This document shows, one piece after another, positions 1 to 9,330 of a stretch of DNA of 64,000 nucleotides. The DNA is from Vicinamibacteria bacterium (lineage in GTDB: Bacteria; Acidobacteriota; Vicinamibacteria; Vicinamibacterales; JAENWD01), in NCBI GenBank assembly GCA_963739995.1, contig CAVUCH010000001.1, forward strand, positions 688 to 64,687. Reading direction: 5' to 3'. The position numbers and the translations under genes are program-made. The notes under the pieces are model-generated. The model did no database searches and was not told the DNA's origin. It saw only the letters and a program-made list of their open reading frames with translations. Numbering within the stretch: the first letter of the stretch is position 1; each line of letters begins with the position of its first letter.

Positions 1-140
1 GCGCGCATTACGAGAGCAACCGCGAGGCGGTCGACGAGATGGCGGCGCGGGCGGGCCTCCCGGAGCCGTGGTGTCGGCAGGCGATTGTCAACCTGCGCGA
101 GCAGGAGCGGCGCGGCGATGCGTGGAAGACACAACGGTGA
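1..140 (+). CDS. 3' end of an unidentified gene in the phage-like region, 5'-truncated by the window
   Basis: The frame starting at nt 3 reads AHYESNREAVDEMAARAGLPEPWCRQAIVNLREQERRGDAWKTQR then TGA at 138-140. By hand count, 39 of 45 codons end in G/C, the coding signature of this genome. The stop overlaps a GTG at 137. Confidence 0.35.
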   Translation, partial: AHYESNREAVDEMAARAGLPEPWCRQAIVNLREQERRGDAWKTQR

Positions 141-575
141 GGCTCATCCCCGCTGCCCGTGGTGATCGTGCGTCGGCGCATCCCGCAGGCGACGTGGCGG
201 CACGGCTGGCGGCGCTTGAAGCGTGCGTCGACGAGCTCTCCGTGCGGCTCCACGTCCTCGAGGCGGAGCGTCGCGCACGACAGGCGGATCCGGTGGCGGA
301 CGGCGCCTGCTGTCGGCGATCGCGGCGCGGTTCGGATCGGCCGTGTTCACCGTCCGCGACTTCGACGCGGGGCCGCGATCGATGCGGACCTCCACGCGGC
401 GCTGGCGGGGCGCGGCGCTCGGCGGCTCGGCGCGCGGCTGAAGCGACTGCACCGCCACGGCGGCGGCGCGCCCTATGTCGTCGAGCGCGTGGCGGGTCGC
501 GAGGCCGGCGGCGCGCTCTGGTGTATCACCGTTGCTCATACAGAGACGGCCTAGGCAGGCGGTCGGCGACGGTCG

Positions 576-1510
576 ATGATGCGCACCATGAATTACGCAG
601 CCGACGTCACCAAAAATTTCGAGCGCGAGCAGCGCGCCCAGGCGCTGATGGCACTTGCGGTGAGCCGGGAGGGCGCTGGTCCGCCGACCCGCTGGAAAGT
701 TTCTGTCACCGCGGGTTCGCCCGATATGCGTCCTATGCGAAGGCGGCGATCGACGCCGTGACGGCGGAGGATGCGGCGGCGGGGCTCGCGCCACTCAACG
801 CGGCATTCATCGAGAGCGTCAACCGCACGTCGATCTTGGGCAAGCTGGGCGCGCTCGAGATTCCGTTGGACCAGACCGGGCGGATCGATACGTCCACGAT
901 GACCGCGCAGATCGTCGACGAGAACACGATGAAGCCGGTGACGGGCGTCACCGTCACCGTGAGCGGGCCGCCGGTCAAAGCCGTCGCGCAACTCGTCGTC
1001 TCGGCGGAACTCCTGCGCTCGACGAGTCCGCAGATGCAGGAGGGGCTCACACGCGCGTTAGTGTCCGCGGTCGCGGCGGCGGTCGACACGAAGGTGATCA
1101 GCGTGCTCACGAGTGGTCCGCCGGCGGCGGCGGCGGATCTGGGGTCTTGCTCGCCAGCGTCTCAGGCGGGGCGCCCGACCTTCCGATCGTGATCGGCTCG
1201 ATGCGAGAGCTCGTGCCCCTCGCAGCCACGCTCGCCGACCTGCAAGGGCTCGGCGTGACCGTGCTTCCGTGCGCGGCGGCGGCGGGACTGTTGCTCGTGG
1301 TGGACGGGAGCGGCCTGCTCGTCAGCGACGGCGGCGCCGAGATCGTGAGCGCGAGGCACGCCAAGATACACTCGACGACGGCAGCGGTGGGACGCCCGGG
1401 CCGACTGTTTCTCTATGGCGGGGAACCTCGCGTGCCTCCGCGCGGAGCGGTGGTTTTCGATCGCGATGCGGCCCGATGCGGTGGCCTGGGCGGCCGCGGG
1501 CACACCATGA
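576..1510 (+). pseudogene. HK97-family phage major capsid protein, disrupted by multiple frameshifts
   Basis: Frame 2 reads SILGKLGALEIPLDQTGRIDTSTMTAQIVDENTMKPVTGVTVTVSGPPVKAVAQLVVSAELLRSTSPQMQEGLTRALVSAVAAAVDTKVISVLTSG, which matches the conserved core of HK97-type capsids (E..KP...VS.ELL..S...D). Homology continues in frame 1 (GAPDLPIVIGSMRELVPLAATLADLQGLGVTVLP..LLLVVDGSGLL). It returns to frame 2 for the C-terminus (NLACLRAERWFSIAMRPDAVAW, TGA 1508-1510). The start at 576 is a guess. Confidence 0.55.
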
Positions 1511-1722
1511 GCGGCGAGCCAGACCCGAACACCCCGCTCCGCCTGACCGTCGGCGCGTTGCGGATGGTCATCGGCGACATTGCGCAAGCCACGAAAGCGC
1601 ATGTGATCGAGGAGATCGCAAAAGCCGTGGCGCCGCTCGAAGGCCGGATTGCCGAGCTTGAAAGTCGCGAATATCAAGGCGGTGGGCCGGCGATAAAACC
1701 TACCCCGCAGGCGCGTCGGTGA
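1507..1722 (+). CDS. Small hypothetical protein (phage-region), coiled-coil-like
   Basis: ATG at 1507 overlaps the capsid stop (ATGA). It gives 71 aa: MSGEPDPNTPLRLTVGALRMVIGDIAQATKAHVIEEIAKAVAPLEGRIAELESREYQGG.. No homology recognised. Confidence 0.3.
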   Translation: MSGEPDPNTPLRLTVGALRMVIGDIAQATKAHVIEEIAKAVAPLEGRIAELESREYQGGGPAIKPTPQARR

Positions 1723-3223
1723 CGAGCGGCGGAAATTTGTGGATTGCGCTGAGTCCGTCGATCGGCATGAGGCCGGGCGCGAATACGACCGCTGGCAGCT
1801 GCGTCCGGCGCGGGCGCGACGGAAAGGATCTGCGTGATGCCGCTCGATGATGTGCGCGACGACGACCGCGATCTCGGCGCACTGGGCGCCCCTGTCCGGG
1901 GCCAACACCCCGGCCGACGATGTGTACAGGCGCTGGCCGACGCGTCCGCGCAGCAGTGCGTCGCCGACCTACGCAAGCAGATTGAGTCGGAGCTCCAGCT
2001 GACGCCCGCCGGGCGCGCGGCCCTGGATGCGCGACTCGTCTACCTCTTTGCGCGCCTGCACACGCGCGATTGTTTGCGCGCCTGCATGCGCGGCTCAAGG
2101 CGGGCGGAGACAACGATACCGACTGACGACGAGGCGATCGGGATGACCGAGCGCGCCGATCCCGCGGCGGAAGTTGAGCAGCGCGTTGACCGGCGAAGGG
2201 CACGATCAGTGCTGCTGCACCGAGGTCGTGAGCCACGGACCCGATCGGACGGTCGTGAAGATTGACCCGTGGGAGGTCACCAACGAAGGTGACGACGCGC
2301 TGACGACGAGGCGATCAGGATGGCCGAGCCGCCAATCTCGCGGCGCTCCACCTTGGCGACCGTGGCCGATCTGCGACGAATTTATAGCCCAAGAGGAGTC
2401 AGGGCATGGCGGTCTGATGATCGCTGCGGGGAGGAGATGAGCGTGTCCACAGGCTGTCTTCCGCCGTTCCGCGCGCTCGCCTATGGTCGTGAGCGCACGT
2501 CCCGTCGTATGCGCCCCGGTGCCGCGACTCCGGCGCAAATAGCAAACGCTCCCACCACCTGCACTGATATGTCGAACGATATCCCATATGCGGTGCCCAG
2601 CGGGTGTGCGGATGCTCGTGCGCGGAGACGCCGCCTCGTCGGCCAGACACGGTAAGCCTGGGGAGGACCGCTTCGAAGGCCACAGGCGGGCGGGAGCATG
2701 GGATCACGGTCCGAGGCGTGACACGGCACGCGGCCACGGCGCCCGATCGTGCCGCCCGCGGCACCCGGCATGCTCACCCGTCGGCGACGATGCCCGCGTG
2801 ACGCGCGGGTGAGCGCGCGATGAGCGGGATCACCGACCTCGAGGTTGACATCACCGAGCTGCGCCGGCAGGTGGCCGATCTCCGTGCGGCGCTCGCGCAT
2901 GCCCACGGATCGCGGCTGCGGAACGTGCCCGCGCGGACCGGGCGGAGCAGACCGGCCGCGACGCGTGGCGGGTGGCCGTCCGGACCGGATTGTGGCCGGT
3001 GGATCGGCGCGGTCCCGTGCCGGTGACGCCCGGCGGCTCGACGCCGGTTGCGTGCCCACCGACCGCTGTGGCGGATTCGGACGGAAACGGCAGATCTTCC
3101 GATTTCGGCCACAACTCACAGCCCCGCGTGCGACCTGGCACGACGGACGCACGATCGCGCGGGCCTGCCCGCGACGTTCGGCGCGCATCCATCCTGTAAG
3201 TTATTGATATAAAAGGTGTTAGG

Positions 3224-3299
3224 TGGTGGACGGCAGGGGGATCGAACCCCTGACCTCTGCATTGCGAACGCAGCGCTCTCCCAGCTGAGCTAGCCGCCC
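3224..3299 (-). tRNA. tRNA-Ala (anticodon CGC)
   Basis: The reverse complement folds by hand as a 76-nt cloverleaf: GGGCGGC TA GCTC AGCTGGGA GAGC G CTGCG TTCGCAA TGCAG AGGTC AGGGG TTCGATC CCCCT GCCGTCC A CCA. It has the G3:U70 Ala identity pair, anticodon loop TT-CGC-AA, and an encoded CCA. Confidence 0.95.
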
Positions 3300-3350
3300 A
3301 CGTGGCAGGTCGTCGCGAGTGCGAGCGTCATTTCCGCATTCGGACCCCGG

Positions 3351-3359
3351 AGTGTAGCA
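3351..3359 (-). promoter_or_regulatory. Extended -10 element (TGcTACACT) upstream of tRNA-Ala
   Basis: The minus strand reads TGCTACACT 51 nt upstream of the mature tRNA 5' end. The same 9-mer precedes nifS. Confidence 0.3.
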
Positions 3360-3427
3360 TGCGCCCGCGAAGCCCCGCAACGCGGAGGCGCCGTTCAGGA
3401 CAGTGCCGGAACGGCACCCCCGCCGAG

Positions 3428-3436
3428 TGCTATACT
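3428..3436 (+). promoter_or_regulatory. Extended -10 element (TGcTATACT) upstream of pfkA
   Basis: TGCTATACT on the plus strand, about 90 nt upstream of the pfkA ATG (3526). Confidence 0.35.
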
Positions 3437-3525
3437 CGCAAAACTCCTTACATTCCGCACTTCCTCGTTCGGCTCAACCCCACGCGCAGAGCCTGCGCGC
3501 GCCATCGCATTCGTCCTCATTCATC

Positions 3526-4614
3526 ATGTCCAAGCCCATCAGGAAAATCGGCGTTCTCACAGGCGGCGGCGACGCCCCTGGCCTGAACGCGGTCATCCGC
3601 GCCGTGGTCAAGGCCGGCTGCAACGCCAACCTGGACGTCATCGGCATCGAAGACAGCTTCGACGGCCTGCTCGAGTTCAATCGATGCCGCCTTCTGAACA
3701 CCAAGGACGTCACCGGCATCCTGCGCCGGGGTGGCACCATCCTGGGCACGATCAACACGGGTGATCCGTTCGTGCGGCGGATCACGACGTCCGAAGGGGT
3801 CGAACACTGGTACGCCGATCGGGTGGTTGAGATGTTCCATCGCCAGGGTCTCGGAGGCCTGGTGGTGATCGGGGGCGACGGCACGCTGGGCTTGGCGCAT
3901 CGCTTCAGCCTGCTCGGGGTTCCCATCGTCGGCGTGCCGAAGACCATCGACAACGACATCGTCGGCACCACCAACTGCTTTGGATTTGACACAGCCGTGG
4001 CCTTCGCCACCGATGCAATCGATCGCCTGCATACGACTGCCGAAGCTCACCGCCGGATCATGGTCGTCGAGGTGATGGGGCGCTACGCCGGCTGGATTGC
4101 GCTGCACGCCGGCATCGGCGGGGGCGCCGATGTGATCCTCCTGCCCGAGTTTCCCTACGACATCGAGGCCGTGGCCGAGCGGATCAGGGCCCGGGACTCG
4201 TGGGGCGCGCACTTCAGCATCGTTGTCGTCGCCGAGGGCGCGAAGCCGCAGAACGGGCGCGTGTCGGTGATCCAGTCCGCCGGTCTTGGCAGGGCTGAAC
4301 GTCTCGGCGGTGCGGGCCACCTGGTGGCGGCCGCGCTCGAACAGCTCACCGGAAAGGAAACACGCACGGTGGTGCTCGGACATCTCCAGCGCGGGGGATC
4401 ACCCACGAGCTATGACCGCGTGTTGGCCACGCGTTTCGGTACGACCGCCGTGGATGTCCTCCTGGCCGGCGAGCACGACTGCATGGTGGCGTCGCGGCCG
4501 CCGCACATCGTGACGGTGCCCCTGTCCGAGATAGTAGGAAAGACTCGGACGGTGCCTCTGGACTCTGATGTCGTGCGGACCGCGCGCGCGGTCGGGATCG
4601 GGTTCGGGGAGTGA
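3526..4614 (+). CDS. pfkA: 6-phosphofructokinase (PfkA family, ATP-type RGGT motif)
   Basis: MSKPIRKIGVLTGGGDAPGLNAVIRAVV.., IDNDI, GFDTA and MGRYAGW motifs. The ORF-track N-terminal extension from 3403 looks non-coding, so the start is set at the ATG at 3526. Confidence 0.93.
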   Translation: MSKPIRKIGVLTGGGDAPGLNAVIRAVVKAGCNANLDVIGIEDSFDGLLEFNRCRLLNTKDVTGILRRGGTILGTINTGDPFVRRITTSEGVEHWYADRVVEMFHRQGLGGLVVIGGDGTLGLAHRFSLLGVPIVGVPKTIDNDIVGTTNCFGFDTAVAFATDAIDRLHTTAEAHRRIMVVEVMGRYAGWIALHAGIGGGADVILLPEFPYDIEAVAERIRARDSWGAHFSIVVVAEGAKPQNGRVSVIQSAGLGRAERLGGAGHLVAAALEQLTGKETRTVVLGHLQRGGSPTSYDRVLATRFGTTAVDVLLAGEHDCMVASRPPHIVTVPLSEIVGKTRTVPLDSDVVRTARAVGIGFGE

Positions 4615-4638
4615 AGGCGCCGTCGCCAGCGTGGGCTG

Positions 4639-5808
4639 CTAGGTCAACACATCCAGGTACTTCAGCGCGCCGCCGGTGTTGAACAGCACCACGGTGTCGC
4701 TTCGGCTGATGCGGCCCTCGTCGACGAGCCGCTCGACGGCCACGAGTGCGGCGCCGCCTTCGGGTGCGGCGCTCACGCCTTCGGTGGCGCCGAGCCGCCG
4801 CATTGCCGCAACCATCGACTCGTCGCTCACGGCGACCGCCGCCCCTTCACTTGCCCGCAGCACGCGCAGCATCAGAAAGTCGCCGACGGCTCGCGGCACT
4901 CGCAATCCATCGGCGACGGTCCGCGGAGTGTCGACGGCGACGCCGCTGTCCAGGTTCTGCTCGAACGCCCGCACGATGGGCGCGCATCCTTCCGCCTGCA
5001 CGGTTACCATGCGCGGCCGGCCCCCTGCCGAGATCCAGCCGAGCGCCTCGAGTTCCTCGAACGCCTTCCACATGCCGATCAGGCCCGTGCCGCCTCCCGT
5101 CGGGTAGATGATCCAGTCGGGGAGCCGCCATCCGAGCTGCTCCGCCAGCTCGTATCCCATGGTCTTCTTTCCCTCCAGCCGGTACGGTTCCTTCAAGGTG
5201 GAAACGTCGTACCAGCCGAGGCGCGCGCCCTGTTCCGCCGCGATGCGGCCGGCCTCGGTGATCAGCCCGTCCACGAGCGTGACGTGGGCGCCATAGAGCT
5301 CGCACTCGCGCGCGAACGGCAGCTTGACGTCTCGCGGCAGGAACACGCGGGCCTCGAGGCCCGCGCAGGAAGCGTAGGCCGCCAGCGCGGTGCCGGCGTT
5401 CCCGGCCGAGGGGACAGACAGTGTGCGCGCACCGAGCGCGCGCGCACGCGTCACCGCGGGGGACTGCCCGCGTGCCTTGAAGGAGTTCGTGGGGTTGAGC
5501 GATTCGTCCTTGATGTACAGGCGATCGAGCCCGAGGGCCGCGCCGATGCGCGTGCTGTGCATCAGCGGCGTGAAGCCTTCACCCAGCGTGACGGGCTGCT
5601 CATTGTCGAATACGGGCAACACCTCGCGATACCGCCACATGCTGGGTACGCGGTCGCGCAAGGTTTCGCGCTTCCAGGAACGCGCCCGCGCCAGGTTGTA
5701 GCGCGCCAGCAGCGGAGCCCCGCACACACACAGGTGGTGCCGCTCGCGCGCGTCGAACGGCCCCGCACCGCACGGGCGGGAACATTCCAGGTGGGAGAAG
5801 AAGGACAT
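4639..5808 (-). CDS. thrC: Threonine synthase
   Basis: MSFFSHLECSRPCGAGPFDARERHHLCVCGAPLLARY.., and the PLP-lysine region SLNPTNSFKARG. The upstream 117 codons of the ORF overlap frr and the hairpin and are rejected. Confidence 0.92.
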   Translation of the reverse strand: MSFFSHLECSRPCGAGPFDARERHHLCVCGAPLLARYNLARARSWKRETLRDRVPSMWRYREVLPVFDNEQPVTLGEGFTPLMHSTRIGAALGLDRLYIKDESLNPTNSFKARGQSPAVTRARALGARTLSVPSAGNAGTALAAYASCAGLEARVFLPRDVKLPFARECELYGAHVTLVDGLITEAGRIAAEQGARLGWYDVSTLKEPYRLEGKKTMGYELAEQLGWRLPDWIIYPTGGGTGLIGMWKAFEELEALGWISAGGRPRMVTVQAEGCAPIVRAFEQNLDSGVAVDTPRTVADGLRVPRAVGDFLMLRVLRASEGAAVAVSDESMVAAMRRLGATEGVSAAPEGGAALVAVERLVDEGRISRSDTVVLFNTGGALKYLDVLT

Positions 5809-5814
5809 CGGGAT

Positions 5815-5877
5815 GAGAATGAGATCGGGAGGTGTTTTTACAATTCGTGGGAGAAAACACCTCCCGATCTCATTCTC
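5815..5877. repeat. Perfect 24-bp inverted repeat with 15-nt loop in the frr-thrC spacer
   Basis: Left arm 5815-5838 is GAGAATGAGATCGGGAGGTGTTTT. Right arm 5854-5877 is AAAACACCTCCCGATCTCATTCTC, its exact reverse complement. Confidence 0.9.
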
Positions 5878-5878
5878 G

Positions 5879-6448
5879 TCAGTGGCCCAGCAGGTCCTGG
5901 TCCTTTTTCTTCTGCAGTTCGTCGATGATTTTAATGTGCTGATCCGTAATCTTCTGCACTTCGTCCAGGCCGCGCCGCTCGTCGTCCTCTGAGATGAGGT
6001 GCTCCTTGAGCAGCTTCTTGAGCCGTTCGTTCGCGTCGCGCCGAACGATACGGAGCGCGTTCCGCCCTTCCTCGGCCTGTTTGTGCACGTGCCGGGAGAG
6101 TTCCTTGCGCCGATCCTCCGTGAGCGCCGGGATCGGAATGCGGATGACCTTGCCGTCATTCGAAGGGTTCAGACCCAGGTCCGACGATCGGATGGCCTTC
6201 TCAATCGGTCCCATCAAGGACGGGTCGAACGGCTGCGCCACGATGAGGCTCGGTTCGGGGATCGAGAGCGTCGCCACCTGAGTGAGGGGCACCCGCGCGC
6301 CATACGCCTCCAGGTGTATCGCGTCGAGCATGCCCACCGACGCGCGGCCGGTGCGCACGTTCGCCAGGTCGCGGCGCACGCGCTCGATGCCCGCGTCCAT
6401 GCGGGTCTTCACTTCGGCGAAGAGACCTTTGAGGTCGTTGACGTCCAT
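5879..6448 (-). CDS. frr: Ribosome recycling factor
   Basis: Full-length match to the RRF family (..VRTGRASVGMLD..LNPSNDGKVIRIPIPALTEDRRKEL..). GGAG lies upstream of the ATG. Confidence 0.96.
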   Translation of the reverse strand: MDVNDLKGLFAEVKTRMDAGIERVRRDLANVRTGRASVGMLDAIHLEAYGARVPLTQVATLSIPEPSLIVAQPFDPSLMGPIEKAIRSSDLGLNPSNDGKVIRIPIPALTEDRRKELSRHVHKQAEEGRNALRIVRRDANERLKKLLKEHLISEDDERRGLDEVQKITDQHIKIIDELQKKKDQDLLGH

Positions 6449-6481
6449 CGTGTCAGCTCCAGGTGTGGGACCCGAATGAGA

Positions 6482-7222
6482 TCAGGCGGAAACCGTGGAC
6501 CCGATCGGCTCCCCGAGCACCGCCCGGCGCAGGTTTCCTGCCGTGCGCAGGTTGAACACCAGGATCGGTAGGCGGTTGTCCATACAGAGGGAGATCGCGG
6601 TGGCATCCATGACCTGCAGCCGCCGCTCGAGCACTTGGAGATAGGAGATGCGTTCGTACCGCTCCGCCGTCGGATCTTTGATCGGGTCCGCGCTGTAGAT
6701 GCCGTCCACCTTCGTGGCTTTCATGATCACGTCTGCCCTGATTTCCATCGCGCGCAATGCGGCCGCCGTGTCGGTCGTGAAGTATGGGTTGCCCGTGCCT
6801 GCCGCGAAGATCACGGCGCGTCCCTTCTCGAGGTGACGGATGGCCCGCCGCCGGATGAACGGCTCGGACACGGCGCGCATCTCGATGGCCGACATCACCC
6901 GTGTGAGCACACCCTGCCGCTCGAGCGCATCCTGCAGCGCGAGGGCATTGATGACGGTGGCCAGCATGCCCATGTAATCGCCCGTCGCGCGGTCCATCCC
7001 GCGGGCGCTCGCGGCGACACCGCGAAAGATGTTGCCGCCGCCGATGACGATGGCGGTTTCGACACCAAGACCCTGGATCTCCTGCACGTCGTGCGCGATC
7101 TGGCTGGTGATGGCCGGATCGATGCCGTACATCTTCTCGCCCATCAAGGCTTCGCCGGACAGCTTGAGGAGGATGCGCCGGTAGGCAGGGGCAGTCGGCG
7201 CCTGATCGGGCGGGAGTGACAT
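6482..7222 (-). CDS. pyrH: UMP kinase
   Basis: [13 protein letters not shown].., [31 protein letters not shown] motifs. Confidence 0.96.
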   Translation of the reverse strand: MSLPPDQAPTAPAYRRILLKLSGEALMGEKMYGIDPAITSQIAHDVQEIQGLGVETAIVIGGGNIFRGVAASARGMDRATGDYMGMLATVINALALQDALERQGVLTRVMSAIEMRAVSEPFIRRRAIRHLEKGRAVIFAAGTGNPYFTTDTAAALRAMEIRADVIMKATKVDGIYSADPIKDPTAERYERISYLQVLERRLQVMDATAISLCMDNRLPILVFNLRTAGNLRRAVLGEPIGSTVSA

Positions 7223-7231
7223 TCGTCGAGG

Positions 7232-7240
7232 ATTATATCA
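7232..7240 (-). promoter_or_regulatory. Extended -10 promoter element (TGaTATAAT) 9 nt upstream of the pyrH ATG
   Basis: The minus strand reads TTGATATAATCCTCGACGAATG. It has a consensus TATAAT with TG at -15/-14, and there is no SD in the 9-nt gap. Confidence 0.4.
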
Positions 7241-7335
7241 ACGCGGACAAACGGGTCACCGTCGCGCCTCCGCGTCGGCGCGGGCGTCCTGGGGCCGGTC
7301 GAGACGAGCCGGCTCAGCCCCCTGCATCCGACCCC

Positions 7336-7941
7336 TCACGGCGTGGCGAGCTCGCCCACCTTGAACCGCGCGAACCGGCTCACGGTGATGTGCTCACCAG
7401 TTTTAGCGGACGCCTGTGCCACCAGCTGGGAGACTGTTACGTCGGGATCCCGAACGCTGGGCTGGTCCAACAGCACCACCTGCGAGTAGTACGCGCCGAG
7501 CTTGCCCTCGACGATCTTCTCGATCACGTTGGCGGGCTTGCCTGAGCCGGCGAACTGGCCTCTGTAGATGTCCTTCTCGCGATCGAGCACATCCGCGGGC
7601 ACGTCTTCGCGGCGCACGTACCGCGGATCCGCCGCGGCGATGTGCAGCGCGAGCTCCTTCACGAGCTGCTGGAAGTCATCGGTGCGTGCGACGAAGTCGG
7701 TCTCGCAGTTCACCTCGACCAGGACACCGACCTTGCCGCCCATGTGGATGTAGCTCCCCACCACGCCATTGCTGGTGGCCCGTCCGGCGCGCTTCGACGC
7801 CGAGGCCAGCCCCTTCTTGCGCAGCACGTCGACGGCCTTCTCCTCGTCCCCGCCGGTCTCCTGCAATGCGTGCTTGCATTCCATCATGCCTGCACCGGTC
7901 TTCTCGCGCAGGGCCTTGACCTGTTCTGCCGTTATTGCCAT
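7336..7941 (-). CDS. tsf: Elongation factor Ts (short form)
   Basis: MAITAEQVKALREKTGAGMMECKHALQETGGDEEKAVDVLRKKG.. GGAG lies 9 nt upstream of the ATG at 7941. The ORF-track upstream extension is rejected. Confidence 0.94.
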   Translation of the reverse strand: MAITAEQVKALREKTGAGMMECKHALQETGGDEEKAVDVLRKKGLASASKRAGRATSNGVVGSYIHMGGKVGVLVEVNCETDFVARTDDFQQLVKELALHIAAADPRYVRREDVPADVLDREKDIYRGQFAGSGKPANVIEKIVEGKLGAYYSQVVLLDQPSVRDPDVTVSQLVAQASAKTGEHITVSRFARFKVGELATP

Positions 7942-8006
7942 GTCGTCTTCTCCGGATGGTCGATGTCGGGCGTCGCGCCGGTTAGGAGGTCTGCCTGATG
8001 GGTCGT

Positions 8007-8044
8007 ACAGAAAGAAGCGCCGGCCGGGAAGCCCGGGCCGGCGC
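8007..8044 (-). terminator. Rho-independent terminator/attenuator between rpsB and tsf
   Basis: On the transcribed strand: GCGCCGGCCCGGG-CUUC-CCGGCCGGCGC (9+2 bp GC stem with one bulge) followed by UUCUUUCUGU. It lies 27 nt after the rpsB stop. Confidence 0.6.
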
Positions 8045-8071
8045 AGGGAAGCGTGTTGCGTGCGATCCGCG

Positions 8072-8881
8072 CTAGGCGGAAGCCACCGTCGATCCGACGG
8101 CCTGCGCTTCGGGGCGCGGCCGGCGCACGGTCCGCGGCTGCCGGCGATCCTCGCCCGGCATGTCGTTGCCTTCGGCGCCCTCGGCCTGTGCCGACTCGCG
8201 AACGCCTCGCCCGCCGAGCACCGCATCGGCGATACGCGACGCGAACAACCGGATCGAGCGCAGCGCGTCGTCGTTCCCGGGGATGGGGTAGTCGACCTCG
8301 TCGGGGTCACAGTTGGTGTCGACGATGCCGATGATGGGGATCTTCAGCTTGCGGGCCTCGTCGACCGCGATCTTCTCCTTGCGCGTGTCCACGACGAAGA
8401 CGAGGTCGGGCAGGCGCCCCATGGTGCGGATGCCGTCGAGGTTTCTCTGCAGCTTGCGCTTCTCTTTCTCGTTGCGCGCGATCTCTTTCTTCGACAGCGT
8501 GTCGTACCTGCCGTCGGTGACCATCGCCTCGAGGTCGCGCAGCCGCCCGAGACTGCGCTGGATGGTCGTGAAGTTGGTGAGCAGCCCGCCCAGCCACCGC
8601 TGGTTGACGTAGTACATCCCGCAGCGCCCGGCTTCTTCCGCGATCACATCCTGGGCCTGTCGCTTCGTTCCGACGAACAGAATCGTGCGGCCGTCGGCGG
8701 CGGCGTTGGCGACGTACTCTTCCGCCTGGCGGAAGAGTTTGACCGTCTTACCCAGGTTGATGATGTAGATGCCGTTGCGCTCGCCGAAGATGTATTCCTT
8801 CATCTTCGGATTCCAGCGTTTCGTCTGGTGGCCGAAGTGCACTCCGGCCTCCAGCAGGTCCTTCATGGCAATCGCGGTCAA
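8072..8881 (-). CDS. rpsB: 30S ribosomal protein S2
   Basis: ..[22 protein letters not shown].. The start is uncertain. I chose TTG at 8881, preceded by GGGAGG. ATG at 8866 and ATG at 8932 (the ORF-track start) are alternatives. Confidence 0.93.
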   Translation of the reverse strand: MTAIAMKDLLEAGVHFGHQTKRWNPKMKEYIFGERNGIYIINLGKTVKLFRQAEEYVANAAADGRTILFVGTKRQAQDVIAEEAGRCGMYYVNQRWLGGLLTNFTTIQRSLGRLRDLEAMVTDGRYDTLSKKEIARNEKEKRKLQRNLDGIRTMGRLPDLVFVVDTRKEKIAVDEARKLKIPIIGIVDTNCDPDEVDYPIPGNDDALRSIRLFASRIADAVLGGRGVRESAQAEGAEGNDMPGEDRRQPRTVRRPRPEAQAVGSTVASA

Positions 8882-8936
8882 GCTGCCTCCCACATCCTCC
8901 AGGCGCCGCGGCCGACACGGCCGGCGCGCCACATCG

Positions 8937-9329
8937 TTAGCGCTTGCTGAACTGGAAACGCTTGCGCGCGCCGGCCAGCCCGTACTTCTTTCGTTCCTTG
9001 ATCCGCGCGTCGCGGGTCAGGAGCCCGTCCTTCTTCAGCGCTTTGCGCAGATCCCCGTTCGACAGGACGAGTGCGCGGGCGATCCCGAGCCGCACCGCAC
9101 CGGCCTGGCCGGCCACGCCGCCGCCCGCCACGGTCGCCACGACATCGTACTTGTCGGCGTTCTCGGTGAGGACGAGCGGGGTCTTGATCTGCGTGCGCAG
9201 CGCCTCGGTGGGGAACGCATCGTCGAAGGCGCGGCGGTTGATGGTGATGGTGCCCGAACCGGGGCGGAGAAAGACGCGGGCGGTGGACGACTTGCGACGG
9301 CCGGTGCCGTAGTATTCGGTGACTGCCAC
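8937..9329 (-). CDS. rpsI: 30S ribosomal protein S9
   Basis: ..[16 protein letters not shown].. with C-terminal ..RKRFQFSKR. Confidence 0.96.
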   Translation of the reverse strand: MAVTEYYGTGRRKSSTARVFLRPGSGTITINRRAFDDAFPTEALRTQIKTPLVLTENADKYDVVATVAGGGVAGQAGAVRLGIARALVLSNGDLRKALKKDGLLTRDARIKERKKYGLAGARKRFQFSKR

Positions 9330-9330
9330 G

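Larger units (their letters stand above)
1..3223. mobile_element. Decayed prophage-like remnant next to tRNA-Ala (left end outside window)
   Basis: The only recognisable homology is an HK97-type major capsid (576-1510) that must be read across several frame switches. Segment 137-554 also reads as plausible protein only by hopping frames. The region lies directly downstream of the tRNA 3' end at 3224, with an AT-rich junction (3195-3222). No integrase, terminase or att repeat was seen in the window. Confidence 0.4.

Noticed and set aside
3403-3525. An N-terminal extension of pfkA from ATG 3403.
   Set aside because: The extension contains the TGcTATACT promoter-like element and has poor codon-3 GC bias and no homology. 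PFK homology starts at MSKPIRKIGVLTGGGD.
6474-6483. GAATGAGATC, a 10-nt match to part of the 5815-5877 inverted-repeat arm, at the pyrH-frr junction.
   Set aside because: A single 10-mer match in 64 kb on both strands is within chance expectation, and there is no second arm or extended similarity.
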